Shown here in pieces: positions 42,326-59,178 of a stretch of DNA of 64,000 nucleotides; position 1 is the first letter of the stretch, and each line of letters starts with the position of its first letter. The translations under genes and the position numbers were made by a program. The stretch is from Antechinus flavipes (lineage: Eukaryota), in NCBI RefSeq assembly GCF_016432865.1, contig NC_067401.1, positions 189,286,001 through 189,350,000 of the forward strand, in the 5' to 3' direction. Below the pieces are notes generated by a model. That model saw only the letters and a list, made by a program, of their open reading frames with translations. It was not told the DNA's origin and ran no database searches.

Positions 42326-43704
42326 TATTTTATTTTATTTTATAATTGTTGGGAGTTCAAATGTTGGAGTTCTTGTTTTTCTCAATACACAGCCGGTTTA
42401 GCTTAGAGCCCTCCGAATGTCTCCAAATCCAAGGGTTTTGCCCTTTAGCCTCCAATCAGCACAGAGATGGAATGAATCTCTTGTCTTCTTCACTTGGGGC
42501 TCGGCTAGCTTTCTGGTGAGTCTTTCAGACCAGCTTGGTCTCAGTGGGGGAAGTGCAGGAGCCTAGCCACCAACTACAGTGGTGTGAGATGAAGATGAAT
42601 CTGGTTGTCCACTGAACTCTCCACTCGTAGCTTTATCCTCTGAAAACTCTTCGTCTGCCACCAGCCAGCCAAGTGGAATATATTCTGCCTTGCCTCGGAG
42701 AGAGGGCTTCTGGTGTAATTCCACTGAAATCTGTCAAAGTGCTCTCTGTCTGCACCAGAGTCGCTCCTCTCCAGTCCAGCCGAACTCTCCTCTGCGACCA
42801 GCCAGCCAAGTGGAAAATGTATTCTGGAATTGCTCTCTCTCCTCATTGGCCTTATATGTGAATCTTCTGAGAGAATGGGATTATGGGTTTTCTCCCATAG
42901 TGCTCTCTGGCCCAAAGAGCTTTAAGGGAGGTGTGAACACAAAGGTGTAAACACAAGCACTGTACTAATTAGTTCTACTTAGTACCTTGTTTCAGGTTCT
43001 GGCCAAAATCTTCTTGTAAGATTAGATCAACTCTAATTAGTTAGCAGTTTGTAAGGATTCCAACATATAATAACTTTTTATTGACAGAACCCATGCCAGG
43101 GTAATTTTTTTTACAACATTATCCCTTGCATTCGCTTCTGTTCAGATTTTTCCCCTCCCTCCCTCCACCCCCTCCCCTAGATGGCAAGTAGTCCTATATA
43201 TGTTAAATATGTTGCAGTATATCCTAGATACAATATATGTTTGCAGAACCAAAAACAGTTCTCCTGTTGCACAGGGAGAGTTGGATTCAAAAGGTAAAAA
43301 TAACCCAGGAAGAAAAACAAAAATGCAAACAGTTTACATTCATTTTCCAGTGTTCTTTCTTTGGGTGTAGCTGCTTCTGTCCATCATTTATCAACTGAAA
43401 TGAAGTTAGGTCTCTTTGTCAAAGAAATCCACTTCCATCAAAATACATCCTCATTCAGTATCATTGTTGAAGTATATAATGATCTCCTGGTTCTGCTCAT
43501 TTCACTTAGCATCAGTTCATGTAAGTCTCTCCAAACCTCTCTGTATTTATCCTGCTGGTCCTTTCTTACAGAACAATAATATTCCATAGCATTCATATAC
43601 TACAATTTACCCAGCCATTCTCCAATTGATGGACATCCATTCAATTTCCAGTTTCTAACCACTACAAAGAGGGCTGCCACAAACATTTTGGCACATACAG
43701 GTCC
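42326..43704 (-). mobile_element. Young 5'-truncated L1 3' end with a 16-bp TSD, its A-rich tail split by a solo LTR
   Basis: AAAAGGGCTGAGTTTT at 42310-42325 and 43705-43720; L1 3'UTR body at 43072-43704. Confidence 0.85.
42347..43065. mobile_element. Solo LTR (719 bp), ERV2/ERVK-like by TSD length
   Basis: TGTTGG...CCAACA terminal inverted hexamer; 6-bp TSD TATAAT at 42341-42346 and 43066-43071. Confidence 0.85.
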
Positions 43705-44469
43705 AAAAGGGCTGAGTTTTGCTGTTCCTGCCTGCCCATTCCATCTATCCTTAGGGTGCTGTGGGCTGTGTTCTTTGATATCTCTTTTACCCTATAAAGG
43801 GGTGGGAGGAATAAACTAATTCTGCTTTTTTACTTTTTATCCTGTTTGGACTGCTATGAATAAACAAAACCAATCCAGATAAGATTTTCACCTTATCTCC
43901 TTTCCAATCACCAATTTTAGATTTTAACGTTATGATAGCTTCAAATAACTCAATAATCTTACAGTTTTCATTATAAATGACAATCAAATTGACTTAGATG
44001 TAATTTCCTCTAAATTACAAATTTGGGAACACCCACTTTTCCCAACATTATAAAACAAGGTTCGAAGGGCTAATAAAATAATATTATAGGTTAAAAAAAA
44101 AAAAAACAACTTTGGGATAGGGGAAGCTAGACACCTAAATCTTGGGAAGAGGAATGGATCCTGTAACTATTTATCCCAAACTTACATTATGCTTTCCCTA
44201 CATTTCTTTTGAGTTTAGCAGGGCAGTCCTAGGAATACTGAAGCAGGAAGGCCCACAAAGTACCAACTCTGAAACCAGTATCACCACCTTGCATCCCTGG
44301 ACTTTCCATTTACCACAGATCTGAATCCTACACTCTTTTAATGTTCAATTTAAAAAAAAAATGCTCTAGAAAGTGTCTAATTTTTTTATTCGTTATAAAA
44401 AATAATCTCCCAACCATCCTACCACTCCCTTTTTCATCTCGCTGCATGGACAACAATAGAGAACTACAT

Positions 44470-44846
44470 TTCCCAATAAATATAGCGCTTGGTACCGGGA
44501 GGAAAGGCCAATGGGTACCAGACACTTGCCTGGTATGGACCAATCAGTGCTTCTATAGACAGGCTTTGTCTACTATATAGCTGGCGCCTAACAAGAGAAA
44601 CCTTCCCTCCTCTCAGGCCACGCAGCGCAACGCGCCCCGCCCTGCTTCTCCTCCCAGGCTTCTCCCTTCCCCCCTTCCTTCTTTCTCCTTCACAGAACGT
44701 TTGTGCAGCTGTGTTCTGAACTGGCAGCTCTAACCTTCTGGGGAACCTTCTATTAATAAAAAGCTCAGTTCAGCGGAAAGGAGGGGGGGAAATTATATAA
44801 AAATTCTCCCTGCACGTAACGAGACAAGCAAAAGTAATTTCTAACC
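44470..44846 (+). promoter_or_regulatory. TUBB promoter/5'UTR with two CCAAT boxes 32 bp apart and a TATA-like element
   Basis: CCAAT at 44508-44512 and 44540-44544 (spacing typical of NF-Y-dependent cell-cycle promoters), TATATA at 44574-44579, pyrimidine-rich initiator-like region at about 44600. Confidence 0.65.
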
Positions 44847-48764
<3,918 letters not shown>

Positions 48765-49692
48765 GGAAGATACCCCTGCCACCATCTCAGTCTTCTCAAC
48801 TCTCATAACATTCTTTCCCCATCACCCTTTTCCTCTAAAGTTTGCATTTTCTGTCTTCATCTTTCTCTCTTTTGTGGGTGCTGAGCTTTTTGCCCTCTGT
48901 TCTTCCTTTATGACCTGTCATCTCAGTAATATACTCTCTTCTTCCTCACTACCAGATTTCTCTTCAAGAAGTAGAATGTCTCCAACCCAGAGCCTCAATT
49001 TAGGGGTTTTGGTGCCCAGTAAGTGCCCTGGACTAAAATGGTAACCATGAGAAAAGGTCCTTTGACTTCCCTTGAAGATGCGGGGACCAAGATGTAATAT
49101 TCCTAGTGAAAAGCGTTCTCTTGGTGGGTGTTTGGGGGGGGGAAGAGGAAATAGTATTCCATTCCATAAAAGTCTTGGGGGGGAGGGGCAGGCTCTCATT
49201 CCCCAAACTGTCATTCCTGTCTCTAAATGCCCCTTCCTTTTCTCCCTAGCTCTGGGGGAAGTGTTGACAGTATTATCTCCCTCCTCCCCTCCAAGTTTTG
49301 GTTTTCTACTTGTGTTCATGTTTCTTTGGAGGGGTCTGTGCCTCACTCAGCCAAGTGGGCTTTCCCCCTCAAGCTCTTTTTCCTTCTCTCATTTTGGGAC
49401 CCATCAGTGAGATTTGCTTCAACTTCCAAAATTCCAGAGAAGTCCCTCATTTGAGGAAGATTTCAGTTTTCTTTCAGTTTCTCCTCCCTTCCCCAAATTG
49501 ATTCCCTCCAAAAGAAGAGAAGCTGGGACAAGAAACACTTCCCATCACTATCTCTTTCATTTTCTGTCATCCTTTCCATTTAGCATTTTCTACACTGGGT
49601 TCATCCCCCCAGTTCTAGGTTTCTGTTTTGTGTTGAACTTGCTTTTTTTCATATTGAAAAGATGCCTCCTCTTCCTTCCCCCCCCCCCCCCC

Positions 49693-49698
49693 AATAAA
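49693..49698 (+). terminator. Candidate TUBB poly(A) signal
   Basis: AATAAA about 930 nt after the stop codon. Confidence 0.45.
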
Positions 49699-50465
49699 CA
49701 GGAAATGAGGGGAAAAAACCCTACAAATATAAGTGTCTGATTGATTCTTGGAAAGGGAATGGGAAGTTGCAATATTAGGGTTGGGGTGGGACTTGGAATT
49801 CTGTCTTCTCTTCAATGCCCTTCAGCTCAGTAGTTGTACTATTTTTGGTGGTGGGTGTTTTTTGCACTTAAAATTGAAATAGGAATAGGATAAATTTGAT
49901 GGAACATTGAGAAAGTTTGATAATGGTAGGAACTTAGGATGGTGGTTACTTAGAGGAAGTTAAAAATGCCATACTCCTCCCTCTCCCAAAGGTTTGTTTC
50001 TTGACTATAATATAGTTTTCTCCATTATGCCATTTAAAAGGTCCAACTAGTCCTTCTCTTTAAGAGTGCTTTCTATATTTCCATTTGTGGTTCTGGAATA
50101 GAATTTCTTATTCATTCTAAAACTCTTAAGAGAACTAGCAGCCTGGGATAACTTATTTTCATTGAAGAAAAAGTAGAGGGAAAAAGCCAGAATTCAGGCA
50201 GACAATCATTTAATTAGATGACTAAATAAGTATATTGGGGGTAAGCGGTCACCTTTTTAGAATAGGATAGCTACTGATAGGATGAGGAGCAGCCCCCCAC
50301 AAGACACAGGCAAATGAGCAGGAAGTTCTGAAGAATCCAAATATGGAAGGAAGTGGGGCTACCTCAACTGCAGTAGAACAAAGACCTTGGGTTCAGGAAA
50401 TTTGACTGGTGCATGAAGGAATAGAAATTTGATCCTTTTGTTGCTGCTTCAAAAATTGGCTTGTT

Positions 50466-53400
50466 CTAATTTGCCTGAAGGAAGAGAAAAAGGAAGTATT
50501 GGCATACTTTCTTACCATAGCAGGCTTGCTAGGTAAGAAACCCAAATATTCATGTCATTGCTTAAATATACCCTAGAGACAGCCCCATTTTGTGGTAAGA
50601 AGCAATATCACAATTTAACAATTAAGATCTGACAACCAGATTAAAGCAACCAATATGGCCCCATTTATAGGCTTCTCACCTGGGAAATGCTAACACCTGT
50701 GAGCTTCTCCACACAATTTGGCAAGTGGCTTAGAATGTCCAATACTTCTCCAGTCACCTTGGCAGCCCCCAATGTACCTCCCCCACTAGATACCAGTGTG
50801 ATTTTTTTGGCAGAACTTAGAGGACCACTGATTTCCTCTGCCACCTAAATGAAAGAAGAAAGACCTGTTAAGTAGTCCTTGTCCCTGGTTGCCTTTACTG
50901 TCTAAAGAATTCATTCTCTAACCTGAGTTCTCAATCCTCTGTCCCTAATTCAGGCTATAATCCAGGCACTTCCCCACCCCAAATTATTCTTGCTACATCT
51001 CACCAGGCTCTTGCTACATCTCACCAGGCTCTTAAATTCTTCTGTACACAATAAACACTTAATAAATGGTGGTTCTGTTGACCTGTTTATTGATCCAATT
51101 TCTCCATTTTCTGGTTTAAAATCTAGTTTTAGCCAATTTTTCCCATTTCAACTATCCCAATTCATTGCTTTGAGCTTCCAAAATCTAATTTACTATCTTT
51201 TCTATTTTCCATTAAACTTCCCTTAGGAATATAACCTCGCCCAAACTCAAACCTGGGGTAGTTTCTCCAGCAACATATCCAGTTGGGCAGCTTCCTGGTA
51301 TAATTGAAAGGCCTCTGCCTTCTTGGCCATCTGTTGAGCCTCTGCCCGGGCCCGGACCCCTATAGCATATGCTTCTGCTTCCCCACGTATCTATGAGATA
51401 AGATTTTGTTGGGGGAAAGAGGGAAGACTACAGCTAGGGACAAGATTCCCAGTTGTTGATCCATTCTTTCTCTAGCCCTATCCCTTGACTGACCCGGATT
51501 GACTCAGCTTCAGCTTCTGCTTGCATAATCAGCTGGGACCTGAGAAAGAAAAGGGGAAAAAGGTGTAGAGGGGGGGAATATTTGCTTCTACCCTAGGAAG
51601 GGAGGAAGATGTAAATGGATGTAATGGGATAGAGATGTAAATGAGCAGATTCTTAATAAGGCAAGCTAGAGAATAAAATAACAGAAGTTTTTCATGGAGG
51701 GAGACAAGACCACTAATTGCTAAATCTAATTTGTCCATCTCAAAGTGAGAATAGGATGGGTGTCCCTTACCTCTCCGCCTCAGCTAGTCTTTCTAAGCGG
51801 TATCGGTCAGCCTCTGAGGGCTTCTTCACCCGAGCTTCTAGCTCCTTCTCTCGACGAGTTATCTCCTGTTCTTGCAATGCCACCTGCTGGGCCCGCTCCA
51901 CTACTTGTACCTGCACTCGCTGCTCCTCTATATGCTGCTTTGTCTTTGCCACCTGGATGAATTAGGGACCAGAAATCAGATATAGTGAACCAGAAAGTTA
52001 GTGTTCAGATACTAAGAATAAGGATGTGATGGTGAGAGTTAAATGTAACATAGGCTTAGATTTAATCCCACCTGAAACTGCATAATCTTTGGCTTTTAAT
52101 AAGGATATTAAAATCTTGGTGTATAGGGAAAGTCAACTTAATATACCCTAGACCAATCTCATATCTTTAGGACTTTTCCTAAAAATATTCCCAACTTCCT
52201 TAATACTCCAATTTGGACTATACCATTGCTGCAGTATAGCACTTTTCTAATAGGTCTTTCTGCTTTCATTATCTACACTCTACACTATCATTCAAATTCA
52301 TTTTTCTTTTATAGATAGTAAACTCAAAGATCTTAAGTAGCTCTCTAATAAAGTTGAAACTTCTTTTTCTGGTATTCAAGCCTCCCTACATCTAGTGCCG
52401 ACCTAATTTTACACATGCTTCATCTAATGTTGACTGCTTTTTGCACACTTCTCCCCCCATCATTTTGATAAACGTATTTTGCTACCCATATAGCTGGAAT
52501 ACCTTCTTTCACAATTTTTGCTTAACCCCTCTTCAAAATCAAATGAATGCTTTTTCCTCCAAAGTCTTCCCTGATAACTTACATTGATGACATCATACCT
52601 CATAAAGTCTTTTGGTCTGCAACTCTCTAATGATATACATTAAAATAATATACATAAAAGATATCTCTTTTGTAATTTGCAAATAAGTTTCACTAAGCCA
52701 GGAACTGTATCTTTCTAAACTTTGTAACACTTCCCTCGTAACAGTTTCTTTGCAAGAAACACTTAATACATGTGGATTATTAAATGAAAGAACATACCTA
52801 CATTTTTTAGGAATGGTTTGTTTTCAGCCTATACTGTTGGCTTAGAGCATTCCATCCATAAAGTTACTACTCACTACCCACTAGTCAAGTTCTTACCTTT
52901 TTGAGCTTCAAGAGAATGCTAAAATTAGGTATACATTGAAATCTTGTAATCTCAGCCATAGTCACTATAATGTTTGGGGAAAATGGACTTTTTGAAGGGG
53001 AAGGGATTGGATCTATTATAGCCAAAGTAGCAATTAAAAAAAAAATCCAACAGAACTAAAAATCAAATACCTGTCTCTTTTCTGTTCTACCATACAAGAT
53101 TATGGCCTTTGTTTATATATATGTATAGTTGTTGTGATTGTTCCTTTGCAAGGCAATTAGGATTAAGTGACTTGCCCAGACTTTAGCCCAAGCTAAAAAG
53201 TGTTAAGTGTCTGAGGATGCATTTGAATTGGGGTCCTACTGACTCCAGGACTGATGCTCTATCCACTATGCCATTTAGCTGCCTTAACTGGCCTTTGTTT
53301 ATGTTTCCCCTGCCTTTAATCTTTGTCTTTCTGATACTTTTAGTATTATGGAAAAGACAGGGAAAGCAGATCAGAGACTGTTAAAAATAAAGATGTCCAA

Positions 53401-55825
53401 ACGAGGAAGGCTAGTAAAAGAAAATCGAAGAGTAAGAGTCAGAACTAGAGAATCAAGGAGTAGAGGCAAGACAGTATGGCATGGGTGTCTCTGACCTGCA
53501 GCTGATAGGCTAGGTCAGCCTGTGCACGTCGAGTGTTGACCTCAATGTCATAAACAGCTTTCTTCAGCTCATAGTCCCTTTGTGCCTTGGCCATCTCTAT
53601 CTCGCTCACATACTGAGCTGATACCTTCTGTTGTTTTGCTTTTGCCTCCTGTTGGGACAGAAGATAAGGGTGGTAGTGGAATTAATTTCCTGTGTGGTCT
53701 AGAGTAAGTTACAAGTTTTAAAATTATTGAAACTCAATTACCTAGACTATGTCTAAGGTCATTTTCAGCTCTAGATCCTTTGACTGAAAAATGAGACCCC
53801 AGAAACATATTCATATCATCCCACCTCCCCCAAGTGCTAAATAGCTCTGGCTTTCTACCAGCCTCTTCCCCTTCACATATTCTAATGACTTATCTCCATT
53901 CCCCTGAACTGAGCCACAAAATATGCCATAGTAACTTAGAACTGGTAAGTACATTAGAACTCAAGTAGCATAAACCTTCTTTCTCCCACTTTACAGATGG
54001 GAACACTAGTAAATGTCATAGCTAGGAATTAATTTATATTTTCTGATTTCAAGCCCAGTTCCTTTTCTATGACATTTGCTGGTTCACATATGGCAAATAT
54101 TTGCTAACTGATTGAACCCAATGTCCTTCCCTGCTCCTCTCACCTGGATGCCAGCATCTCTTTTGGCCTCAGCTTCCCCAATACGTGCATCTTTCTGGAC
54201 CTGAGCTGTTCGAGCCTTCCCTAGGGAATGAAGATAATCCTGGGGGAAAGAAATATGGGGTTATAGATTCTGGATGTTTAAATCTGCTTGGAGAGAAGGG
54301 GAGAAATATGACCTAGGAAAGAGGAAAGGAGGTGATGGACTTTTGGTTCACCTGGTCATCATGAATATCCTTGAGAGTATAGCTAACAACACTGATGCCC
54401 ATGTTGACAAGATCAGATGAAGCTACTTTGAACACTTGCTCTGAAAATTTCTGTCGATCCTTATAGATCTCCTAGACAGAATAAAGAAGGTGATTTAAAA
54501 TCTCTGTCCCACTACCCTTTTGTCCCCAGGCCCTATTTCTTTTTTAACAGGTCCCACCTCATTTCTTCAGAATCCACCCATGTAGCTTTCCTAGACCCAT
54601 CTCTTCAATTTTTAAATCCCTTCTTTCTAATCCACCTCTACTGTCATGTGGGCCATGATTGCCCTCTGGTGGCCCTCCAATGTCTCCAATGCAATGTGGG
54701 CAATTTCACCCTCAGTCTTCCCTAGGAACATCTGACAGGCAGCAGCCAACATCTCCTTGTTCTGGCCTTGGATCTTTACCTGGGGAAAAAAGGGTTTGTT
54801 GGGGAGTTTGCAGGAAGTAGAATTTTCCTTTCCAGGAAGAGATATTAAGAAAAGGAAGGCACAATTCCTTATAAGTCTTTTATATCCAGGGAGAAAGGAG
54901 TTCTATAATATCCTAGTAAAAAAAATAGGGTGAAGGAACAGTTGCTATTGGAATAAAAATATTATTTTCTAAGAAGGAGCAGGAAGAAGGGTGGGGAATA
55001 TAACAATACCCAGTTTGGGAGGGGAAGAAGAGGGAGACAGACAGAGATGCATAGGATAATGAGCTTCAAAGAAATAGGCTTATACCCTCACCTGGGCAAT
55101 GCCAGTAACTGATATGGGAACACCATGACGAGTATAGACTTTCTCACTCTTGACATTAAGAGTCAGCGTGTTGAGGGATATTCTGGAGAAAGAAAGTAGG
55201 ACTGAGAGCAATTGAAGAAAAGAAAGCATTTAATGCCCATCTTTCTGGAATCCCTTTCTCACCTACCTCCTAATCTGCTGGATACAGGGCACAACAAAGA
55301 CCCGGCCTCCTGCCACCATGACAGGCGGGCTTCTGCAGAAACCTGCAAGTGTTGAATACAATGAATCTGGCTGGAAAGGGAGTATAGCATTTTCAGGATT
55401 CAGAAGAACAAAGGGAATTAGAGGGAAAAAAAAGCTACAGGTGAAAAACAAAGTTAATATATTATTATATATTGAGTAGCAGGTGGAAAGAAGGGATGAT
55501 GTACTAAAGGAAAAACAGACCTGTGGGAAGGGTGGGGCAGTCAAGTCATGGGAAGGGGGCTAGTTGGGGAAAAAAAATTTGCAAAGGTAGAAAAAGAGAC
55601 AAGGAATCACAGATATTTATGAAACTTAAAGAGCTATAAAAATTATTATTAGCAGAGTGAATTAATCTAGACATTATATTTGTGTATGTATGGAAGTGGG
55701 GTGGTGGTAAACTGGGGAGAGTGTGATCGAATTTATGATTGCTTTGAAGTTTCCAGAAGAAAAGGAAAATATTAACACTTACCTGAGACCACCATAGCCT
55801 CGTTTGGGCCACAAGTGAAAAACAT
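50466..55825 (-). CDS. FLOT1: Flotillin-1 (predicted 420 aa); coding exons 55783-55825, 55267-55342, 55092-55182, 54636-54779, 54352-54471, 54144-54239, 53496-53648, 51771-51952, 51494-51539, 51253-51390, 50680-50844, 50466-50474
   Basis: [35 protein letters not shown] domain, AEAE coiled-coil repeats, ...LTGVSISQ. All junctions are GT-AG and in phase (1263 nt). The last 9-nt coding exon is inferred from acceptor and homology. Confidence 0.96.
52150..52790 (+). mobile_element. L2 LINE fragment in a FLOT1 intron
   Basis: Degenerate L2 body ending in ...ACACTTAATACATGTG. Confidence 0.5.
53117..53288 (-). mobile_element. WSINE1-type SINE with a 14-bp TSD
   Basis: Reverse-complement SINE body; TGGCCTTTGTTTAT at 53103-53116 and 53289-53302. 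Confidence 0.8.
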
Positions 55826-56007
55826 GCTTCAAAAAGGAGCTAGAATGGGAGGGAAGACATGATTTTTAGAGGTCAGCAAGGGAAACGAAGGAGTTTACAT
55901 ATCCCAGCGCTGTCCACTCCATCTCCAATCCTTCTTCATTGTCACCTTATTCCCAGTCTACACAGCTCACTTCACTGATGTAGCACCTTTCTGGATGCCT
56001 AGCTTTT

Positions 56008-56212
56008 TTTTCCCCCAAATACATTTTTAAAATTTTAAAATATTTTTTATTTTATTTTATAATAACTTTATATTGGCAGAACCCATGCCAAGGTAATTTT
56101 TTTACAACATTATCCCTTGCACTCGCTTCTGTTCTGATTTTTCCCCTCCCTTCCTCCACCCCCTCCCCTAGATGGCAAGCAGTCCTATATATGTTAGATA
56201 TATTGCAGTATA
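56008..56212 (-). mobile_element. Short young L1 3' end in FLOT1 intron 1 with a 16-bp TSD
   Basis: TGGATGCCTAGCTTTT at 55992-56007 and 56213-56228; body nearly identical to 43072-43230. Confidence 0.85.
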
Positions 56213-56329
56213 TGGATGCCTAGCTTTTAACCAGACTCCCTTCCCTCCAACATTTTGACCCCAACCCCATTATTTAACAGCCCCTCTTCCCCCAACACGA
56301 GTATACACGGATGCACACACGTAAAAACA

Positions 56330-56960
56330 AATACGCGCACACAAACACACACGCGGATGGGCGCTAGGCGTCGCCTGGGTCACCTGTTTCCCGGCCCTCA
56401 CTTCCTTTAAGGGGTGTGGGGTTCGCGGCCCCGGGGGCGAAGAGGAGGCGGCTCAAAGGACAGAACTTCAGGTCTGCTCTCGCACACGGGCAACTAAGCA
56501 AGCTGTGGCTCCCTCCGTACCAGTGCTCCCTCCCCCGCTGTTTCCCCAAGGCCAACCGCACCCTGCTACTGCCGCAGAGCCCGGACCCCGCCCCCAGGAT
56601 TTGACCAACCTTCTCTTCGTCCCCACCCTACCGTGAGGTTCCACCCCCTTCCCGGCAGCTCCCGCGCTCCTTCTCAGCTGCGGCGTCTGCCGCGACCTAT
56701 GGAGGGATTTCCTCCAAAAAGTTAGGGCCGCTGAGCCGGCTGATCTAGCTAACGTATCTGTCTTCTTTTTCCCCGGCTCTTCTTGCACCCTTGCCTTCTG
56801 GTCTCTTTCACCCCTGTGCACCCAAGCCTGCCGCGCGCTGCTCTGGGGATGTTGCTCCATCCTGGGCTTTCCCATTGTCAGTAACCATGTGCCATCATAT
56901 CCGGTTGTCCGAAATGGGGCACTGAACGCTGGGATTTGGCAGATTTTTTTTTTCTTTCTC
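56330..56960 (-). promoter_or_regulatory. FLOT1 CpG-island promoter and non-coding exon 1 (candidate donors at 56383 and 56631)
   Basis: CpG-rich with GC boxes, upstream of the ATG exon whose acceptor is at 55840-55841. Confidence 0.6.
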
Positions 56961-57135
56961 GGAAGGGGAGAGAATCCGAGCTCAGTCTGTAGAACAAGTG
57001 ATAAACCTCAACCTCAGATTTTCCAGCACCTTCTTGAGTTCTTAGATCACTTAGTCAAGATGTATTTAATAGGTGCCAGGCACTTTGCCAACTGCTGTTA
57101 GATACAAAGAAAAGCCCTCAAAGAATAAAAATTGT

Positions 57136-57287
57136 GGGGGGGCAGCTAGGTGGCGCAGTGGATAGAACACCAGACTTGAAGTCAGGAGGACCTGAATTCA
57201 AATGTGATCTCAGACACCTAACACTTCCTAGCTGTGTGACCCTGGGCAAGTCACTTAACCCCAATTGCCTCAGGAAAAAAAAAAAGT
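57136..57287 (+). mobile_element. Full-length WSINE1-type SINE
   Basis: GGGCAGCTAGGTGGCGCAGTGGATAG (A box)...GACCTGAATTCAAATG (B box)...A tail; 13-bp TSD GAA(T/C)AAAAATTGT at 57123-57135 and 57288-57300. Confidence 0.9.
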
Positions 57288-58418
57288 GAACAAAAATTGT
57301 ATAAACAAGATCCTTCTAAATGAAAGGCACTCTCAGAGAGAAGGCAATGAGGGTAGAAGAGGAATCAAATACTCTACCTTGTGCTGTGCTGCTTTTTGGA
57401 GGCCTCCCTCTCCCATTAAAACTTCCTTGCATTGCCAAATAAGTACTCTTGTTTTCTGGAATCTTTTAATTCCCAAGGCTAGCCTTATTTAATAAATTTT
57501 CCCCATTGATTTTAATGCAAGTTATCCCTTTCTTAAGTCTGTTTTCTGATTTAATGACTCAGAAGTTGGGATGTATTGATCTAGATATTGTAAATAGCTT
57601 GAGTCCATGAGAAGAAATTAGTTGGTCAGTGGGGACCTTAGGATATTCAGGAACTAAAGGAATTACCAAATCATAGATTTAGAACTGAAAGGGATTTTAG
57701 AGGATATTGAATCTAACTCTTTCGTTTTATAGATTAAGAAATGACGGCCAAGGGTCATCTCTAATTTATCCTCTTGGTATATAGTTCACTAATTTATCTT
57801 GTTGGTATATACTTATTTGCATGTTGTCTCCCCCATTACATTATAAACTCCATGAGAGCAGGGATTGGTGGGGTTTTGTTTTGGCCTTTCTTTGTATTCC
57901 CATTGTCTGACTATTAGGTGATTTATAAATTCTTGTTTAAGCTGACCAAAGGTTAAGTGACACTATTGGACAAGTCCAATGAATAATCTTTTTTAATCAC
58001 ACTGAAATACACTTGATCTTCACAATTCTGTGAGCTAAGTAATGAAAGTAGCATTAATTACATCAGAATAGGGAATTCCTTTCACTAACAAGAGTTGACA
58101 ACTGTAACTTGCAGTCTTAGGAGTTTCTGGGGTAAAAACTTTAAGTAAGAACTTAAATGACTTTTGAAGTCAAACAGCTGATATGTCAAATGCAGGATTT
58201 TCACAAACCTAGATCTTCTTGATACCAAGATTTTTCCTTAATCCATTTCCCCAAACTATATGTGATCCTCATTTTTAGGAAGATAAGGCTTTGAGAAATT
58301 GAACTGACTTTTCCTACTCTAGTCCTCTTTGCATTATATCAAGATGCTATTCTCAAGAGGAAAGAAGAACCATTCTCAAGAAACAGCCACAAGATTGGTT
58401 TCCAGCAGTAAGAACAAT

Positions 58419-58424
58419 TTTATT
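58419..58424 (-). terminator. Probable IER3 poly(A) signal
   Basis: AATAAA on the minus strand about 755 nt downstream of the stop codon. Confidence 0.6.
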
Positions 58425-58784
58425 TGCTGTTCATAGAACATACAAGGCAACATATCCCACCACCCCCCAACCCCAGCCCCTCAGGAGCAGTTTCTGAGTA
58501 ATAGTAGTCAATGATTCCTTTAGCCCTTATAGAGCCTCTTCGTAGGTCCCACTGAATTGAGATATGGGGGGGAAGAGAGGGGAAGGCAAATATTGTCATC
58601 TCTAAAGATACTATTCCTATCACTATCACTAGGTTTCTTTTCCAAATCTTCCCTTGATTCAGTTCCCAAGTTCCAGTGGCCTATCAGTTCCCAATTCCAG
58701 TTAATTTATTTTCCAGGCCTTCTCCCCACATTCAGGTTTAGTTTGGTCTAGAGTCCTCACTTCAGCAACTCACTAGAAATATCT

Positions 58785-58965
58785 CAATAAATAAAACAAA
58801 AAACTTCATTGCAGAAAGTTGGAGGCAAATCTCCTATCCAACATGTAAATTAAAATAAATATTATATATACTTTTCTCCCACCACCACTCCCCACCCCCT
58901 GGGATGGTACATAAATAAAAACTTTATATAAATATTATCTAGGAATGACCAGCAATAAATTAATG
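58785..58965 (-). promoter_or_regulatory. AU-rich element cluster in the IER3 3'UTR
   Basis: Six AUUUA pentamers on the mRNA strand (plus-strand TAAAT at 58788, 58846, 58856, 58912, 58929, 58956); IER3 is a known ARE-destabilised immediate-early mRNA. Confidence 0.7.
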
Positions 58966-59178
58966 TCTTTTCTCCCCTGCACCAAAAATGCAGAACAAGT
59001 CTCTCTCTCCCCTCCTTTTACTACAGCTCTGGGATATAGGCTCTGTGGCATTTATGTCATTCCTTGATTTTAGTGTTCAAAGTACGAGAGTGTCTCTGAT
59101 CCAGACTCAGCTTTGCCCTTTCGTACCCCTCGATTCTGTGTTTTTGTTTACTTTTTTGTGTGAGGGTAGTGTAATGGT

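Noticed and set aside
50989-51030. 21-bp tandem duplication (also an 18-bp one at 22319-22354)
   Set aside because: Ordinary intronic slippage duplications; two copies only, with no spacers, so not an array or CRISPR-like structure.
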